Shown: positions 46,946 to 57,600 of the stretch, piece by piece
Numbering within the stretch: the stretch's first letter is position 1
How the letters are laid out: each line of letters opens with the position of its first letter
Source: a virus
Taxonomy: Duplodnaviria; Heunggongvirae; Uroviricota; Caudoviricetes
Strand: one strand, 5' to 3'
IMG/VR virus record: IMGVR_UViG_3300022910_000004
Length of the DNA stretch: 64,000 bases
Translations under genes and position numbers: made by a program
Notes under the pieces: model-generated
What the model was told of the DNA's origin: nothing
Seen by the model: the letters and a program-made list of their open reading frames with translations, nothing else
The model's database searches: none

Positions 46946-47509
46946 ATGTGGTATAAAGTAAATTTTATAGTAAAGTATTGTCTATTCTGGCTCATTATCT
47001 TCTTATCATTAGATATAGTAGATAAGAGAGGAGAAATTCAAGACTACTTTAATACTCTACCTAATAACTCAGAGGTTGAGGAGTTGCATTTTCAGAACAC
47101 CTTAGCACTTGCTCAAGAGGAATTGGAAGAGAAGAAGCAAATACATTGTATGGCTGAGGCCGTCCTATACGAGGCTTACAGCGAGTCTAGAAAAGGGAAG
47201 GCTATGGTAGCCCAAACGATTTTAAATCGCTCCAAAGCTTACAGGAAGAGCCCATGCTGGGTTGTTAATGAGAAGAGGAATGGATATTGGCAATTCTCTT
47301 ACCATTATGACTTTAAGAAGAGGGATAAGTATGGGAAAAAGGACTGGAGAATGGCTGAGAATATTGCCGAAGAAGTGTTAGACAAGAACCATGTAACATC
47401 TGTTATGTTCTATAAGAGATGTGACACAGAGAATTCTGGATTTGATGGTCTTATACTACATTCAGTAATTGGTAATCATTGTTTTTATAAAGAGGATAGA
47501 AAGGCATGA
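46946..47509 (+). CDS. membrane-anchored cell-wall hydrolase (SleB/Hydrolase_2-like)
   Basis: N-terminal TM (FIVKYCLFWLIIFLSL) then AVLYEAYSESRKGKAMVAQTILNR...WQFS core. Confidence 0.5.
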   Translation: MWYKVNFIVKYCLFWLIIFLSLDIVDKRGEIQDYFNTLPNNSEVEELHFQNTLALAQEELEEKKQIHCMAEAVLYEAYSESRKGKAMVAQTILNRSKAYRKSPCWVVNEKRNGYWQFSYHYDFKKRDKYGKKDWRMAENIAEEVLDKNHVTSVMFYKRCDTENSGFDGLILHSVIGNHCFYKEDRKA

Positions 47510-47712
47510 ATAAAGATACAATACTGTTTGTAGAAGATACTGAGAGAGTATTTCATAAACTTCCTTTAGGTTTGGTAGACAAGATTTGGTGGGCGGAGAA
47601 TATTCTTTGGGTTGAATTTTCCAATAGTAGTAGAGGATCTGTCCATATAAATTACCAAGAGTGGAGTAGGCTTCAGGAAAAGCTCAGACATCTTAGGAAT
47701 AATGTGTTATGA
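47506..47712 (+). CDS. hypothetical protein
   Basis: 68-aa ORF. Confidence 0.4.
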   Translation: MNKDTILFVEDTERVFHKLPLGLVDKIWWAENILWVEFSNSSRGSVHINYQEWSRLQEKLRHLRNNVL

Positions 47713-47936
47713 GTCATACCGTAATTCTTAGTCTAACAGACCAAAAAGGTAGTCTCTACTATTTTGAGGGAAATTTCTATCATCCTATTGATTTGGTAGG
47801 GAGATCTATTGGTCAAGTTAAACGTGGTATTAGGGACTTCTGGAAGGCGAATAAAGAGAAGATAAAAGCTGATCGTGCCTTGCCTACATACAAAACGTTA
47901 GTACAAATATTTGACGAGCAATACCCAGAGGGATAA
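47709..47936 (+). CDS. hypothetical protein
   Basis: 75-aa ORF. Confidence 0.4.
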   Translation: MSHTVILSLTDQKGSLYYFEGNFYHPIDLVGRSIGQVKRGIRDFWKANKEKIKADRALPTYKTLVQIFDEQYPEG

Positions 47937-47938
47937 TT

Positions 47939-48208
47939 ATGACAATCGTAAATATAAATGAAAAATATCGAGTGAATATCGATGAGTGGAATCACACTTT
48001 GGAGAAATTCCGTGAGGGTGGGATAATTACTGTAGGTAAAAATATAGGACAGATGAGAGAGTCTACTTGGGAAACTGAGGGATATTACCCCAGCCTTCGT
48101 CAATGCTTGAGACGAGTCTGTGTATTAGAAAGTTTAGATGGTAATACAATATCATTAACTGAATACATCGACAAGCTTGAATTACTTCTTGGGGCATTAG
48201 AGCCATGA
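47939..48208 (+). CDS. hypothetical protein
   Basis: 89-aa ORF. Confidence 0.4.
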   Translation: MTIVNINEKYRVNIDEWNHTLEKFREGGIITVGKNIGQMRESTWETEGYYPSLRQCLRRVCVLESLDGNTISLTEYIDKLELLLGALEP

Positions 48209-48381
48209 ATATTGACAGATTAACATTAGGAGTTCTACTAATATTATCTAGTACTTGGGGAGGGAGTTATCTAACCTCTCTCATATACAAAACTTGGTTA
48301 TTATTTCCTGTGATATTTACTTCTGCAATGATATTTATTGTAGGTCTTATTATTTGTATAACTAAAGAGATTAAATGGTGA
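48205..48381 (+). CDS. small membrane protein (58 aa)
   Basis: two hydrophobic segments; ATGA overlap. Confidence 0.3.
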   Translation: MNIDRLTLGVLLILSSTWGGSYLTSLIYKTWLLFPVIFTSAMIFIVGLIICITKEIKW

Positions 48382-48560
48382 AAGTAGATAAAAATAAAGT
48401 ATTAGTAAAGAAAGTTGCAATGGCGATGAAATATGTTAAGCAAGGATGTCCCTTAAAGGATTTTCTGGAACATGATGAAATCGAGGAAGCATTAAAATTG
48501 CTGGTGGTAACGCACAAGTCTTTAGAAATTTTACAGGGTAAATCTTAATTGGAGATAGAT

Positions 48561-48800
48561 ATGAATAAAGAGTACAATTGTTATTTGGATAACACTAATG
48601 ATCCTATGGTTGAACATGAAGGAGAGTTTTATCCATTCTCTGGAAGTATTTGTGGATTTGAAAATACTGAGGAGGGATGGCAGGATATTATAACTTGGTT
48701 TATTCATAAATACCCTGATCTTCTCGCTTGCAATGAAGGGATTAAAGAAGCTCTTTCTCCACTGACATTTATTAAGACTATTTCAATTACAGTCCAATAA
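48561..48800 (+). CDS. hypothetical protein
   Basis: ATG after GGAGA RBS (track start 48549 is a TTG). Confidence 0.45.
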   Translation: MNKEYNCYLDNTNDPMVEHEGEFYPFSGSICGFENTEEGWQDIITWFIHKYPDLLACNEGIKEALSPLTFIKTISITVQ

Positions 48801-48802
48801 AA

Positions 48803-48832
48803 AAGCCCCAAGACCGTTAAGTCAAGGGGCTT
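48803..48832. terminator. bidirectional terminator hairpin between convergent plus- and minus-strand blocks
   Basis: AAGCCCC...GGGGCTT stem; A-run on the left gives a T-run for minus-strand transcripts. Confidence 0.6.
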
Positions 48833-48860
48833 AATAAAACATTCTTATTATTTATTGTAA

Positions 48861-49418
48861 TTATTCTTCAGGAGGAGTTCTTGTATTCTCGTACACTGCA
48901 TTAGCATGGAAGAGAACAGACTCCGTTGTTGCACTTGATGTAAAATTAAAAATATTAAAATATACACCATCATTAGTCATATATAGTTCAGCCCATTGTG
49001 GTACATAAGGTTGATCATGGTCTTTCTGCATACGTCTTTGTGCGTTTAAAATTATTGCCCCAGAACTCGAAAACTCTAAAGGGATATCACAAACTTTTAT
49101 AGCACTTGCTGCTACTGTATGCGAACCTATGTTCACACTAACCTCAATTTGAGCACTAACTAAATTCCCATATCGTGTACAAGAAACAACAGCACTCCCT
49201 GACAAACCAGATTCACTAAAGTTATTTGAGAAAAATGCATCCAATTCAACAGGAGCACTTCCTCCACCGCCAGTAGGATCTCTCCATTCAGCTTGAAATG
49301 GAGTACTCGATACTTTAGTTAGTACTTGTCCATCTTCACCATCTGATGGGATTCCTACAAAACTGTCTATCTGATCCCCTGTTGGTACATTAGGTACTAT
49401 TACATCAACAATACTCAT
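48861..49418 (-). CDS. virion/tail-associated protein (hypothetical)
   Basis: 185 aa, Gly/Ser-rich; last gene of the minus-strand block. Confidence 0.4.
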   Translation of the reverse strand: MSIVDVIVPNVPTGDQIDSFVGIPSDGEDGQVLTKVSSTPFQAEWRDPTGGGGSAPVELDAFFSNNFSESGLSGSAVVSCTRYGNLVSAQIEVSVNIGSHTVAASAIKVCDIPLEFSSSGAIILNAQRRMQKDHDQPYVPQWAELYMTNDGVYFNIFNFTSSATTESVLFHANAVYENTRTPPEE

Positions 49419-49756
49419 AATCTACTAACTCCTGTATCATATGCAACAGTGTAGGTTTCACTCCTATCACCATCTGTATCTGATGCATTGTAAACCCAGC
49501 AATCAATTACCCCTTTAAAATTTTTAGAATTAGTAACTGAAGGGGGAAGATTAAGATCTACTGCCCCTGTGGCAGGGGTAAATGTTACATAAGGAGAGCT
49601 TTCATTCCAGCTCCCTAAAACTGCTGGTGATGTCTTAAAAGGACGTATCTGAATTAATACAGAGTATCCTGTTAAATCTTTTGGTGTTGTTGAATTTATT
49701 TTGAATCGCCATCCCATTTGGAATTCACAGCCTTCAACCATTTGTACTGTCTGCAT
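49415..49756 (-). CDS. hypothetical protein
   Basis: 113-aa ORF. Confidence 0.4.
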   Translation of the reverse strand: MQTVQMVEGCEFQMGWRFKINSTTPKDLTGYSVLIQIRPFKTSPAVLGSWNESSPYVTFTPATGAVDLNLPPSVTNSKNFKGVIDCWVYNASDTDGDRSETYTVAYDTGVSRL

Positions 49757-50043
49757 TACTTTTTCCTTTCACTATCTATACTTTGTTGGATAGCATCCAT
49801 TCTCTGTTGCTGCGAGATGTTATAATTACTTTGATTTATATCAAGTCTATTTATCTGCCTTTGCAAATCTTGTCTGTCCGATTCAAACTGTTTCTTTAAA
49901 TCATCCTTGATTTGATTTATTCTTGTTGTGTCATTCCATTGAAGCACTGTTTGAGAGCACACATAGAATACAGCCAAAATAAAACAGTAGCTAATTACCT
50001 TCTCTACTAATTGCCATATCACTCTTACTGCTCCTGCCGACAA
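49756..50043 (-). CDS. membrane coiled-coil protein
   Basis: N-terminal TM then Gln-rich coiled coil. Confidence 0.4.
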   Translation of the reverse strand: MSAGAVRVIWQLVEKVISYCFILAVFYVCSQTVLQWNDTTRINQIKDDLKKQFESDRQDLQRQINRLDINQSNYNISQQQRMDAIQQSIDSERKK

Positions 50044-50044
50044 G

Positions 50045-50389
50045 CTATTCTTTCCTGCTTGTTCCCCTAATTAAAAGTAATATCGTATCAAGCTTAGCTT
50101 GCGTATCACTCGACATAGATTCCATTCTTCGGGTAAGCCTATCTTCTAAGGCTCTACCTTTCTCTTCTGTAAATGCAGCCCCTTGCATTGCATACATACG
50201 ACTATCCAATGTGTTAATGGCATTTTGTTGGTATCCAATTACCAAGACCATAGCACCTATTGCAACTTTCTCTAATATTCCAGAAAGCTGACTCTTGTCT
50301 TTAGATCCATCATTTCCCATTTGTTGAGCCATTGTATAATTTCTCTTTAGCTTTTTTCCAATCACGTATTGCGTTAAAGGAGGCTTCAT
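50045..50389 (-). CDS. single-TM membrane protein (possible holin/antiholin)
   Basis: VAIGAMVLVIGY hydrophobic segment; start uncertain. Confidence 0.35.
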   Translation of the reverse strand: MKPPLTQYVIGKKLKRNYTMAQQMGNDGSKDKSQLSGILEKVAIGAMVLVIGYQQNAINTLDSRMYAMQGAAFTEEKGRALEDRLTRRMESMSSDTQAKLDTILLLIRGTSRKE

Positions 50390-50594
50390 ATTTAAAAATA
50401 CAGGAAGTATTCTCTACATAACCTGTAGCCAATTGTCTTATTGTTTCTCCAGCATCTTTTGCCTGACAAGGGCTCACCAATAAACTATCTGGAATTAGAA
50501 CTGGTACTTCCTTTGTCTTGTATGTTGTGCATCCTAGTATTGATGATAATATCGTCAGGAAGCTTAGCATCAATATCAATCTCAGAGGCTTCAT
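50310..50594 (-). CDS. o-spanin (outer-membrane lipoprotein)
   Basis: lipobox SSILGC; two further Cys; start embedded in the i-spanin 3' end in another frame. Confidence 0.55.
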   Translation of the reverse strand: MKPLRLILMLSFLTILSSILGCTTYKTKEVPVLIPDSLLVSPCQAKDAGETIRQLATGYVENTSCIFKYEASFNAIRDWKKAKEKLYNGSTNGK

Positions 50595-50931
50595 TTTGTT
50601 TACCTGTTGGATTACTAATTACCGGCTTGGTACAAGGTTTGGAAGGGATATTATTAAGCTTTTTAATAAGCTCTTGTTTCTCTGCTTCCAAGCCTAGTAC
50701 TTTCTCTTGTTTGTCTGTTGAAATGGCATCATCTTGCTTAGCACCTTCTACAACTTTAGCTTTACTCTCAACAGACTCTTTATAGTCAGCTTGTAGCTTC
50801 GTATGCTTCTCTTGGAGAACTTTTAAGTCTGATTTAGTACTAAGGTATAGGAAACCCATAAGTGAGCCAAAAACGACAGCTACGAGAGTAATAACAAGTA
50901 ATATCTCTGTAGTTAATCCTTGCATGAACAA
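50485..50931 (-). CDS. i-spanin
   Basis: N-terminal TM then long charged coiled coil; overlaps the o-spanin gene. Confidence 0.55.
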   Translation of the reverse strand: MFMQGLTTEILLVITLVAVVFGSLMGFLYLSTKSDLKVLQEKHTKLQADYKESVESKAKVVEGAKQDDAISTDKQEKVLGLEAEKQELIKKLNNIPSKPCTKPVISNPTGKQNEASEIDIDAKLPDDIIINTRMHNIQDKGSTSSNSR

Positions 50932-51170
50932 TCCTCCTCTTGGGACTCTTGTTTAATAAAACTGCCAATCAATCCCATAACAGCCAACACCCCTGAGATA
51001 GCGCACATTACCCAGAAGGGCATGTAGTCCATGAAAGGGATGATTGCACCGAAACCAACAGAAGAGATGGCAATAAGTAAGTGAGTTATGAAACTATATC
51101 TTTTAAAGACTTTCTTCCAATTGGTTTCGATCTTCTGTCTCATTTTTAAACCTTTATTTGGTCCATGCAA
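50913..51170 (-). CDS. holin candidate (two TMDs, charged C-terminus)
   Basis: FITHLLIAISSVGFGAIIPF and FWVMCAISGVLAVMGLIGSFI then QESQEEDCSCKD. Confidence 0.5.
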   Translation of the reverse strand: MHGPNKGLKMRQKIETNWKKVFKRYSFITHLLIAISSVGFGAIIPFMDYMPFWVMCAISGVLAVMGLIGSFIKQESQEEDCSCKD

Positions 51171-51435
51171 ATTGTTGTACAGTTATGCTGTAAGTACCAG
51201 CAGATACACCACTGATTATCAAACTATCAATTGAAGCTGGGGATAGGGTAAAAGATTTATGCCCTGCCTCAAGAGTTAGGGTTTCATAAGTGGTAGACCC
51301 TTTTGGTCTAATCTGTACTACTGTAGGAGCGCTAGTTGTAAATCCCTCAAGAGTCACTTGTGTAATTAATAAAGAGGGACTTAAAGTAATTGTAGGAGAT
51401 GTACCGCCTGTATAGGCGATTGTTTGTGTTTTCAT
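51154..51435 (-). CDS. hypothetical Thr/Ser-rich protein
   Basis: 93-aa ORF. Confidence 0.4.
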   Translation of the reverse strand: MKTQTIAYTGGTSPTITLSPSLLITQVTLEGFTTSAPTVVQIRPKGSTTYETLTLEAGHKSFTLSPASIDSLIISGVSAGTYSITVQQFAWTK

Positions 51436-51446
51436 TATATTTCCTA

Positions 51447-53300
51447 TTAATTTAAGTAGGTAATTAAACCACCAGATGACATGAATTTGAGAGTTTTCTG
51501 TAATGAGCCTGTAGATGAACTTCCACCTAACACCACTGAGATAACTCCTCCAGCCGATTTGGTCACTGTAGCTTGGGTAACAATACCTGTTGCTGCTCTA
51601 CGTATCCAAATTGTCTGAGATCCAACAAAGTCTGTTACTATTTGACTATTTGCATTTATTTGGTTATTGGCAACACCTTGTGCAGCAGCGGTATTGAAAG
51701 TAACTTGATCACCATTAGCGAGAGTCATATAGTAATGTAAGTAGGTATTATCAGTAGCGACAGGGCTGGCTATTGTCTGGTAAGACTCTCCAGTTGCTGT
51801 AACGACGTTTATCGTACTTGTTGCTGTTTTTGCTCCATCTCCTACAAGCACTGCCTTGCCTGATCCATAACTAGGTATCACAGCACCATTGACACGTTGT
51901 GTCATTGTGAAGCTACCAGCACCTGAGGGTGCGCTAATTGCTGAAACAGCAACCCCATCAATTGTCATGGAGGTTAGAGTACCTAACACTGTGGTTGTTA
52001 TTGAACCACTTTGTCCATAACTAATGTTGGTAGGAAGGGAACTGATAGAAGCATTAAGAGCATCAATTGTCGCCCTAAGATCAGTAGCCATAACAATGTG
52101 CATTGGCTTAGCTGGATGTAATCCATCAATTGTTGCATAGCCAGTTGTTGGGGTGCCTACGTATGTATCTTGAATCCAGAGTAATGGATTGTTTACACCC
52201 CTTGTACCATTCATAGCACAAACAGCATTAATGTTGGTTCCTACTTCACCATCCATTGCAGCGTTAAATAGAATTGCATCTCCGCCTACATCCCAACCAG
52301 CACCAGTTACTGTTTGGTTAATCTCGTATTTCCAACCATCAGTTGAACTTGTTCTTGGCAGTAATTTCGTACGAATAATCTTCTGTACGCCATAACCTTT
52401 TAACTTAGTCCAAATAGCTCTTACCAATGTTGTCATTGTTGCTAAACTAGTAAAGTTACCAGTAGCTGTAAAGTCATTGGTCCCGTATTCATCCACAGCA
52501 TAAGTGGCGTATTTTGACCAGTATGCAAGACGATCTGAGGTGGCAGTGTTAAAGCTTTGTGCAGTTGTAGAAGATCTACAGAAGTTACAACCAGCTAATA
52601 TCCTACTAGGTGATCCATCCCCGATTAAAGCACGGTTAAAGAATCCATAAGCAATTGGGTTAGCTGAATCATCCCCAACCCCAGCACCAATACTATCTCC
52701 ATAACCATACACAATAGGGTCTGGGTTACCAATAGGCGTTCCCAGCATTATAGGACACCAAGAAGATGTTGGAAGTAAAGGAGTAGTACCTGTATAAGAG
52801 AAAGTACCAACAGCATCAACACTACTAACTACTGTATCATTTGCAGAGTTGGTCCAATAAACTTGTGTACCCGCCATAGCACTGGTATTACGAAGATCCA
52901 TTTGAGCCAGTTTAAGTCCTGTAGATGCAAGACTAAGTTTAGCTTTTAACCAGACAGTAGTGCCTCGATCAAATTTTGCTAAACCTAAAGAGGCTGCTGT
53001 AATACTATCTGTTTGACTATCATTAAGCCCAGCAGTAATTACCCATGTTCTAGATCCACCCTTGGTGACAGGAACTGTGTTCACTCCATTCTCAACAGCC
53101 ATTGAGACTATTGTAATGCTGTTACTAATGTTTGTAGTATTGCTACCACCACGCTGCCAACCCATATCAGAAAATCTGATATCAGACCAATCACCACTAC
53201 CAAAAGTGAATGGCCATCTTATGTATATTTCGTTTGAAGATGCTAGGGTGACTTCTGAAGAGAGTACGCCGTTCTGTAACGATGCGTAATATAATGTCAT
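51447..53300 (-). CDS. tail spike/fiber with SGNH (GDSL) esterase domain
   Basis: block I GYGDSIGAG, block III GTND, block V DGLHP; long Thr/Ser/Gly-rich beta-type flanks. Confidence 0.65.
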   Translation of the reverse strand: MTLYYASLQNGVLSSEVTLASSNEIYIRWPFTFGSGDWSDIRFSDMGWQRGGSNTTNISNSITIVSMAVENGVNTVPVTKGGSRTWVITAGLNDSQTDSITAASLGLAKFDRGTTVWLKAKLSLASTGLKLAQMDLRNTSAMAGTQVYWTNSANDTVVSSVDAVGTFSYTGTTPLLPTSSWCPIMLGTPIGNPDPIVYGYGDSIGAGVGDDSANPIAYGFFNRALIGDGSPSRILAGCNFCRSSTTAQSFNTATSDRLAYWSKYATYAVDEYGTNDFTATGNFTSLATMTTLVRAIWTKLKGYGVQKIIRTKLLPRTSSTDGWKYEINQTVTGAGWDVGGDAILFNAAMDGEVGTNINAVCAMNGTRGVNNPLLWIQDTYVGTPTTGYATIDGLHPAKPMHIVMATDLRATIDALNASISSLPTNISYGQSGSITTTVLGTLTSMTIDGVAVSAISAPSGAGSFTMTQRVNGAVIPSYGSGKAVLVGDGAKTATSTINVVTATGESYQTIASPVATDNTYLHYYMTLANGDQVTFNTAAAQGVANNQINANSQIVTDFVGSQTIWIRRAATGIVTQATVTKSAGGVISVVLGGSSSTGSLQKTLKFMSSGGLITYLN

Positions 53301-53336
53301 TATTTAATCCTTGTAGTAAAGCATTTACATGCTAAT

Positions 53337-53864
53337 TTAATTATCTTCATTAATACTCACTTCCCCTAAACACCATTTCATTTCTTTATCGCGTCTAGTA
53401 ACTATCCCCGAACAGTTATTATCAAGATTATGACAATCTAAAGTTTGTCCATTTCGTTTAACTTTAGTCCATCTAACCAACTCTCTACAAGCAGCTATAT
53501 GATCCCCCTCATTAAGTTTTCTTAACATAGTAGAATTAGTACAATTAGCTATTCCTACGTTGTAACAAAACGAGAGTATGCCAGCATGTTCATAATTACT
53601 TAACCAAGGCACACGAACAAATTTAGATAACTCTTGATCATGTTTAGTAAGATCTTCAGCAAACTGTTTATCACATTGTTCTTTAGTGAATGTTTGTCCA
53701 AGCTTAAGTTCTTTCCCTGTATGCCCATAGCAGCTTGTGAGGATGCCTATAGGATCTAAGTAAGTTTGCATTACTAATCCTTCTGAAGGGGCTATTAAAT
53801 AAGCCCCAGACAGTGCTACAGCGCCTGCAACACCTAATGCTGCAAGTCTTTTATAAAGGCTCAT
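53337..53864 (-). CDS. SAR endolysin (T4 lysozyme family with signal-anchor-release domain)
   Basis: Gly/Ala-rich N-terminal TM LAALGVAGAVALSGAYLIA; catalytic E-x8-D-x5-T (SEGLVMQTYLDPIGILT). Confidence 0.75.
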   Translation of the reverse strand: MSLYKRLAALGVAGAVALSGAYLIAPSEGLVMQTYLDPIGILTSCYGHTGKELKLGQTFTKEQCDKQFAEDLTKHDQELSKFVRVPWLSNYEHAGILSFCYNVGIANCTNSTMLRKLNEGDHIAACRELVRWTKVKRNGQTLDCHNLDNNCSGIVTRRDKEMKWCLGEVSINEDN

Positions 53865-53880
53865 TTTGATTACCTAAATT

Positions 53881-54639
53881 TTAAAGGTCACTGAATTTCT
53901 TACCAGCACCTGCGTTATAAATTGCAGTGATATCTGAACTTGACAATAATTGTCCACCCCAAACACCGATACTATCCATGTCAATAGATATTCCGCTAGA
54001 TGGATTGTTTATCTCACAGTCACCAAATATTATTCTTGCTGGTGCAGAATTGGGTTCATTAGCAGGTACACTATTACGAGTGATAGAAGTTAAAGATCCA
54101 CTACCTTGAGGTCCCCAATACCAACTAGTTCCTAAACCACCAGCGTTAGGATGAGATTGATAAGCAAAGAAATACCAAGTACTTGTGCTAAATGTTCCGG
54201 TTAAAAGAGTGGAGTAACTAAAGACTCTGTAAGTACCAAGAGCATTTTGTCTAGCTGCAAGAAACCCTAAATCGGTTCCCGATGAATCTTGAAACAGAAC
54301 AAGTCTACAATCGTTACTATTCGTGAAATTTGTAGCATTTAGTTTTGCCCAAAAACAAACAGTTGATGCATATCTGAAAGTGTTACCTGATCCACCAAAA
54401 TCTATTGGAGCAGGTGGTTGATATCTAACACTACCATGAGAAGATTTCATGTAACTTCCTAACCCAGCATTTACTGGGAAGGAAGAAGATGTTGATATAC
54501 TATTAGCAGCATATGGAGTTATACTATTATAAGAATCTGTAGTACTAGCTCCATCCAACCACATTATCAATCCGTTATAGAGTGGATGTCCAGATGTGAA
54601 AGTAGGTAACAAACTTATTCCTGTACTAACTCCAGCCAT
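53881..54639 (-). CDS. tail fiber-associated protein
   Basis: Gly/Ser/Thr-rich 252 aa; ATGA overlap with the long fiber gene. Confidence 0.4.
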   Translation of the reverse strand: MAGVSTGISLLPTFTSGHPLYNGLIMWLDGASTTDSYNSITPYAANSISTSSSFPVNAGLGSYMKSSHGSVRYQPPAPIDFGGSGNTFRYASTVCFWAKLNATNFTNSNDCRLVLFQDSSGTDLGFLAARQNALGTYRVFSYSTLLTGTFSTSTWYFFAYQSHPNAGGLGTSWYWGPQGSGSLTSITRNSVPANEPNSAPARIIFGDCEINNPSSGISIDMDSIGVWGGQLLSSSDITAIYNAGAGKKFSDL

Positions 54640-57600
54640 TATTTATTATCCTTAGAAGATAAGTATCCTCTCCAAGCATTACTACCAGCTTTAGTGAACA
54701 CTAAGATATCAGTACCAGAAGCAGTAAGCACTGGAGCAACACCACCAGCCCAACGTGTACCAGCAGGCCATGTCATAGTATAAGAACCACCATTCGTTAA
54801 TTCTAAAGTTAAAGCATAAACTCTAGTGAAAGTGCTTGGTGAAGGGAATGTCCATGTTGTATTTCCATTCACTGTAGCAATGACATGAACACCACTAGAT
54901 GCAGTAATACTAACAGAACCACTCACACTTCCAAGACTTTGGAAAAGTTGTTCTGGTGTAGTAATCTGAGTATCAATTTTTGAGTTTGCTGTAGTAGCAG
55001 TGTTACTTGCAGATGCTGCTAAACTATATGCAGAAGCTACAGCAGTATCACTTGCAGCAATTGCACCTGTTAAACTAGTAACAGAGTTAGTAAGTTGTGT
55101 TATACCATACGCTGAAGTAGAAGCTACAGGAAGACGAGACGTTGAAACCGTACCCGATGAAAGAGCACTAGCATTTAAACTAGTAAGACCTGAGCCATTT
55201 CCTGAGAAAATTCCTCCACTAGAAGTGATGTTACCACCAACTATATAGTTTCCAGCCTGTGTAAATATGAAAGCAGAACCAGCAGTACTTGCTGTACCAA
55301 AGTGTATTCCAATAGAATCATTTCCACCATAACCGGCACTACCACCAAAATAACTCAACCCTACACCTAATGAAGATGCAAATCTCCAAATTGGGTTTTG
55401 TGCGTTAGCTATGTAAACGTCACTTAAGAATCCACCACCAGCAGAAGCTTGAACATATCCACCAACAGCAAACACATTTCTCTGATACGTGTCACCAGAA
55501 CCATCGCGTTGAACTACTGTGGAAGCAGATGACGATGTGCTGATACCAAAAGCAAGTCTGCTGTTAGATAGAGTACCAGAAGTAATATTGCTCGCATTAA
55601 GATTTGTTAAATTTGCTCCATCCCCTTGTAATCCGTTTACTTGAACACTTCCATTAGAAATAACAATTCTGTTATTTGCATTAGCATCACATAGTCTGAA
55701 ATTTGTATTATCCCAAACAAGTAAACCTCGACTTACTCCACCTTTTTGTAAATTAAGAACGCCATTTGTAGCACCAGTATTCAATACTAAAGTATCTACA
55801 GCACTAGTAGCATTATAAAAAGTAGCACCATTGGTAGAAGTAATAGCACCAGCAACATCTAAAGTACTATTCATTACCACTGGAGAAAGAAATTTAATAT
55901 TTCTAGATTGGTTAGAGAACCCCATTTCTCCATTACCAGCACCCATACCCATCCATGCAACTTCAGCATTAGTGTTATCATGAAAACTATGATAAGCAAG
56001 CATAGAGGTTGCAGGACTATTGTTATCTGTAAATATTAAGGTAGGAGCAGTACTTGTTAAATTTAAACTAGCCGCTGTTACACTTGTATCAACTTCAATA
56101 GACCCAGTTTTTAAGCCACCACCAGAACCACTTGTACCTCGTAACTGGAAATATCCAGCAGCATCAAAGTAAAGTGTACCAGCACCAGCAGCACCTGTTT
56201 TATAAAAACCTATTAATGGTTGGTTTGCTGAGTCAGATTTAACTAGCATTCCACCATCTGTATAAGTGAGCGTACCATTACCTGTATAATCAGTAACAAA
56301 TTTACTGTTAGAGGTTATTACTCCATTTGTTGCTATATTTAAACGAAGAGCACCACTAGTGTAGAAATTTATTGGTAAGTAACTTCCTGTACCTGTCTTG
56401 GTTGCAGAAATTGCTGTATTAGTACCATCTGTATAAAATTGTCCGAGAGAAGAATTACTTGCATCAGAAGAACTATAAGTATTAAAAACCCCAGAAGTAC
56501 CTGTTCCGTTAGGAATTACACCAACACCTGTTGAAGAGTTTGCATTACTTGTTTGAAAAAGAGGTCTATTCGAATGAGTAGCATTATTAAAATCACCCAA
56601 TATTCTCTTAGCGCTTCCAGATAATGTCAAATTACCATTTAAGTCAACGTTAGTAAAATTACCAGTAGATCTTGTAGTGGCACCAATACTTGTGCCATTA
56701 ATTATCCCACCAGAGATAGTAACGTTGTTTGCATTTTGTAATGCAATAGTACCAAGATTACCTGTAGTACCTAAACGTGTGTCTACTGTAGTAACATCAA
56801 TTGCACCAATATCAGCAGCAGTGATGCTCAGCAAGTGCGTATGAGTTGTTCCTGTTACACTGTTTGTCGATGATGCAGAAATTGTAGAAGGTGTACCAAG
56901 TGTAAATGTTCTGTTAGCAGATAGATCTCCACCACCAGTCAAACCATTACCTGCTGTCAATGTTCTTGTAGTAGGGGTCGATCCTAAGTCAGCATTAGTT
57001 AATACTACAGTTCCAGTATATCCATTTACACTATTTACAACACCTGTACCACCTGTAGAAGAGTTAATAGTTACTGTATCACCAGTTTGAGTAAAAGAAA
57101 TATTACTACCAGCAATCAAACTTTTTATTTGTAAATCAACACCAACTTTTCCACTTACTAAACTTGCTGTACCAGCACCAACCGAAGAAATAGTGTTAGC
57201 TTCTGCACCAGCAGAGATTCCAGCTAATTTACTTTTCTCTGTGGTTGTATAATCTTCGGTAGAAAGACCTTTACCACTTACTACATCAACTTTACCATCT
57301 AAAGCTGTTTGCAATCCCGTAACATCTGCAATAATGTGTGTGTGTGCTGAAGGTGTGAAAGTAGATGGTTTACCAGTGATGTCGGCCCAAGCTACTGAAC
57401 CTGAAACAGAAGAAGGAACTAGCGTAGTCCCATTAAATTCATAATGAGATTCGTCAGCTTTCATTATAAGCTCAAACCCTCTAGGCAGAGCTGTATTGTA
57501 CCAAACACCATTACCACTAAAGTAAACGTGATTATCAGTTGTTAAAAAGTATGCTAATCCATCAGAAGCAGGAGTGGTAGAAATTGAACTAACAATTCCA

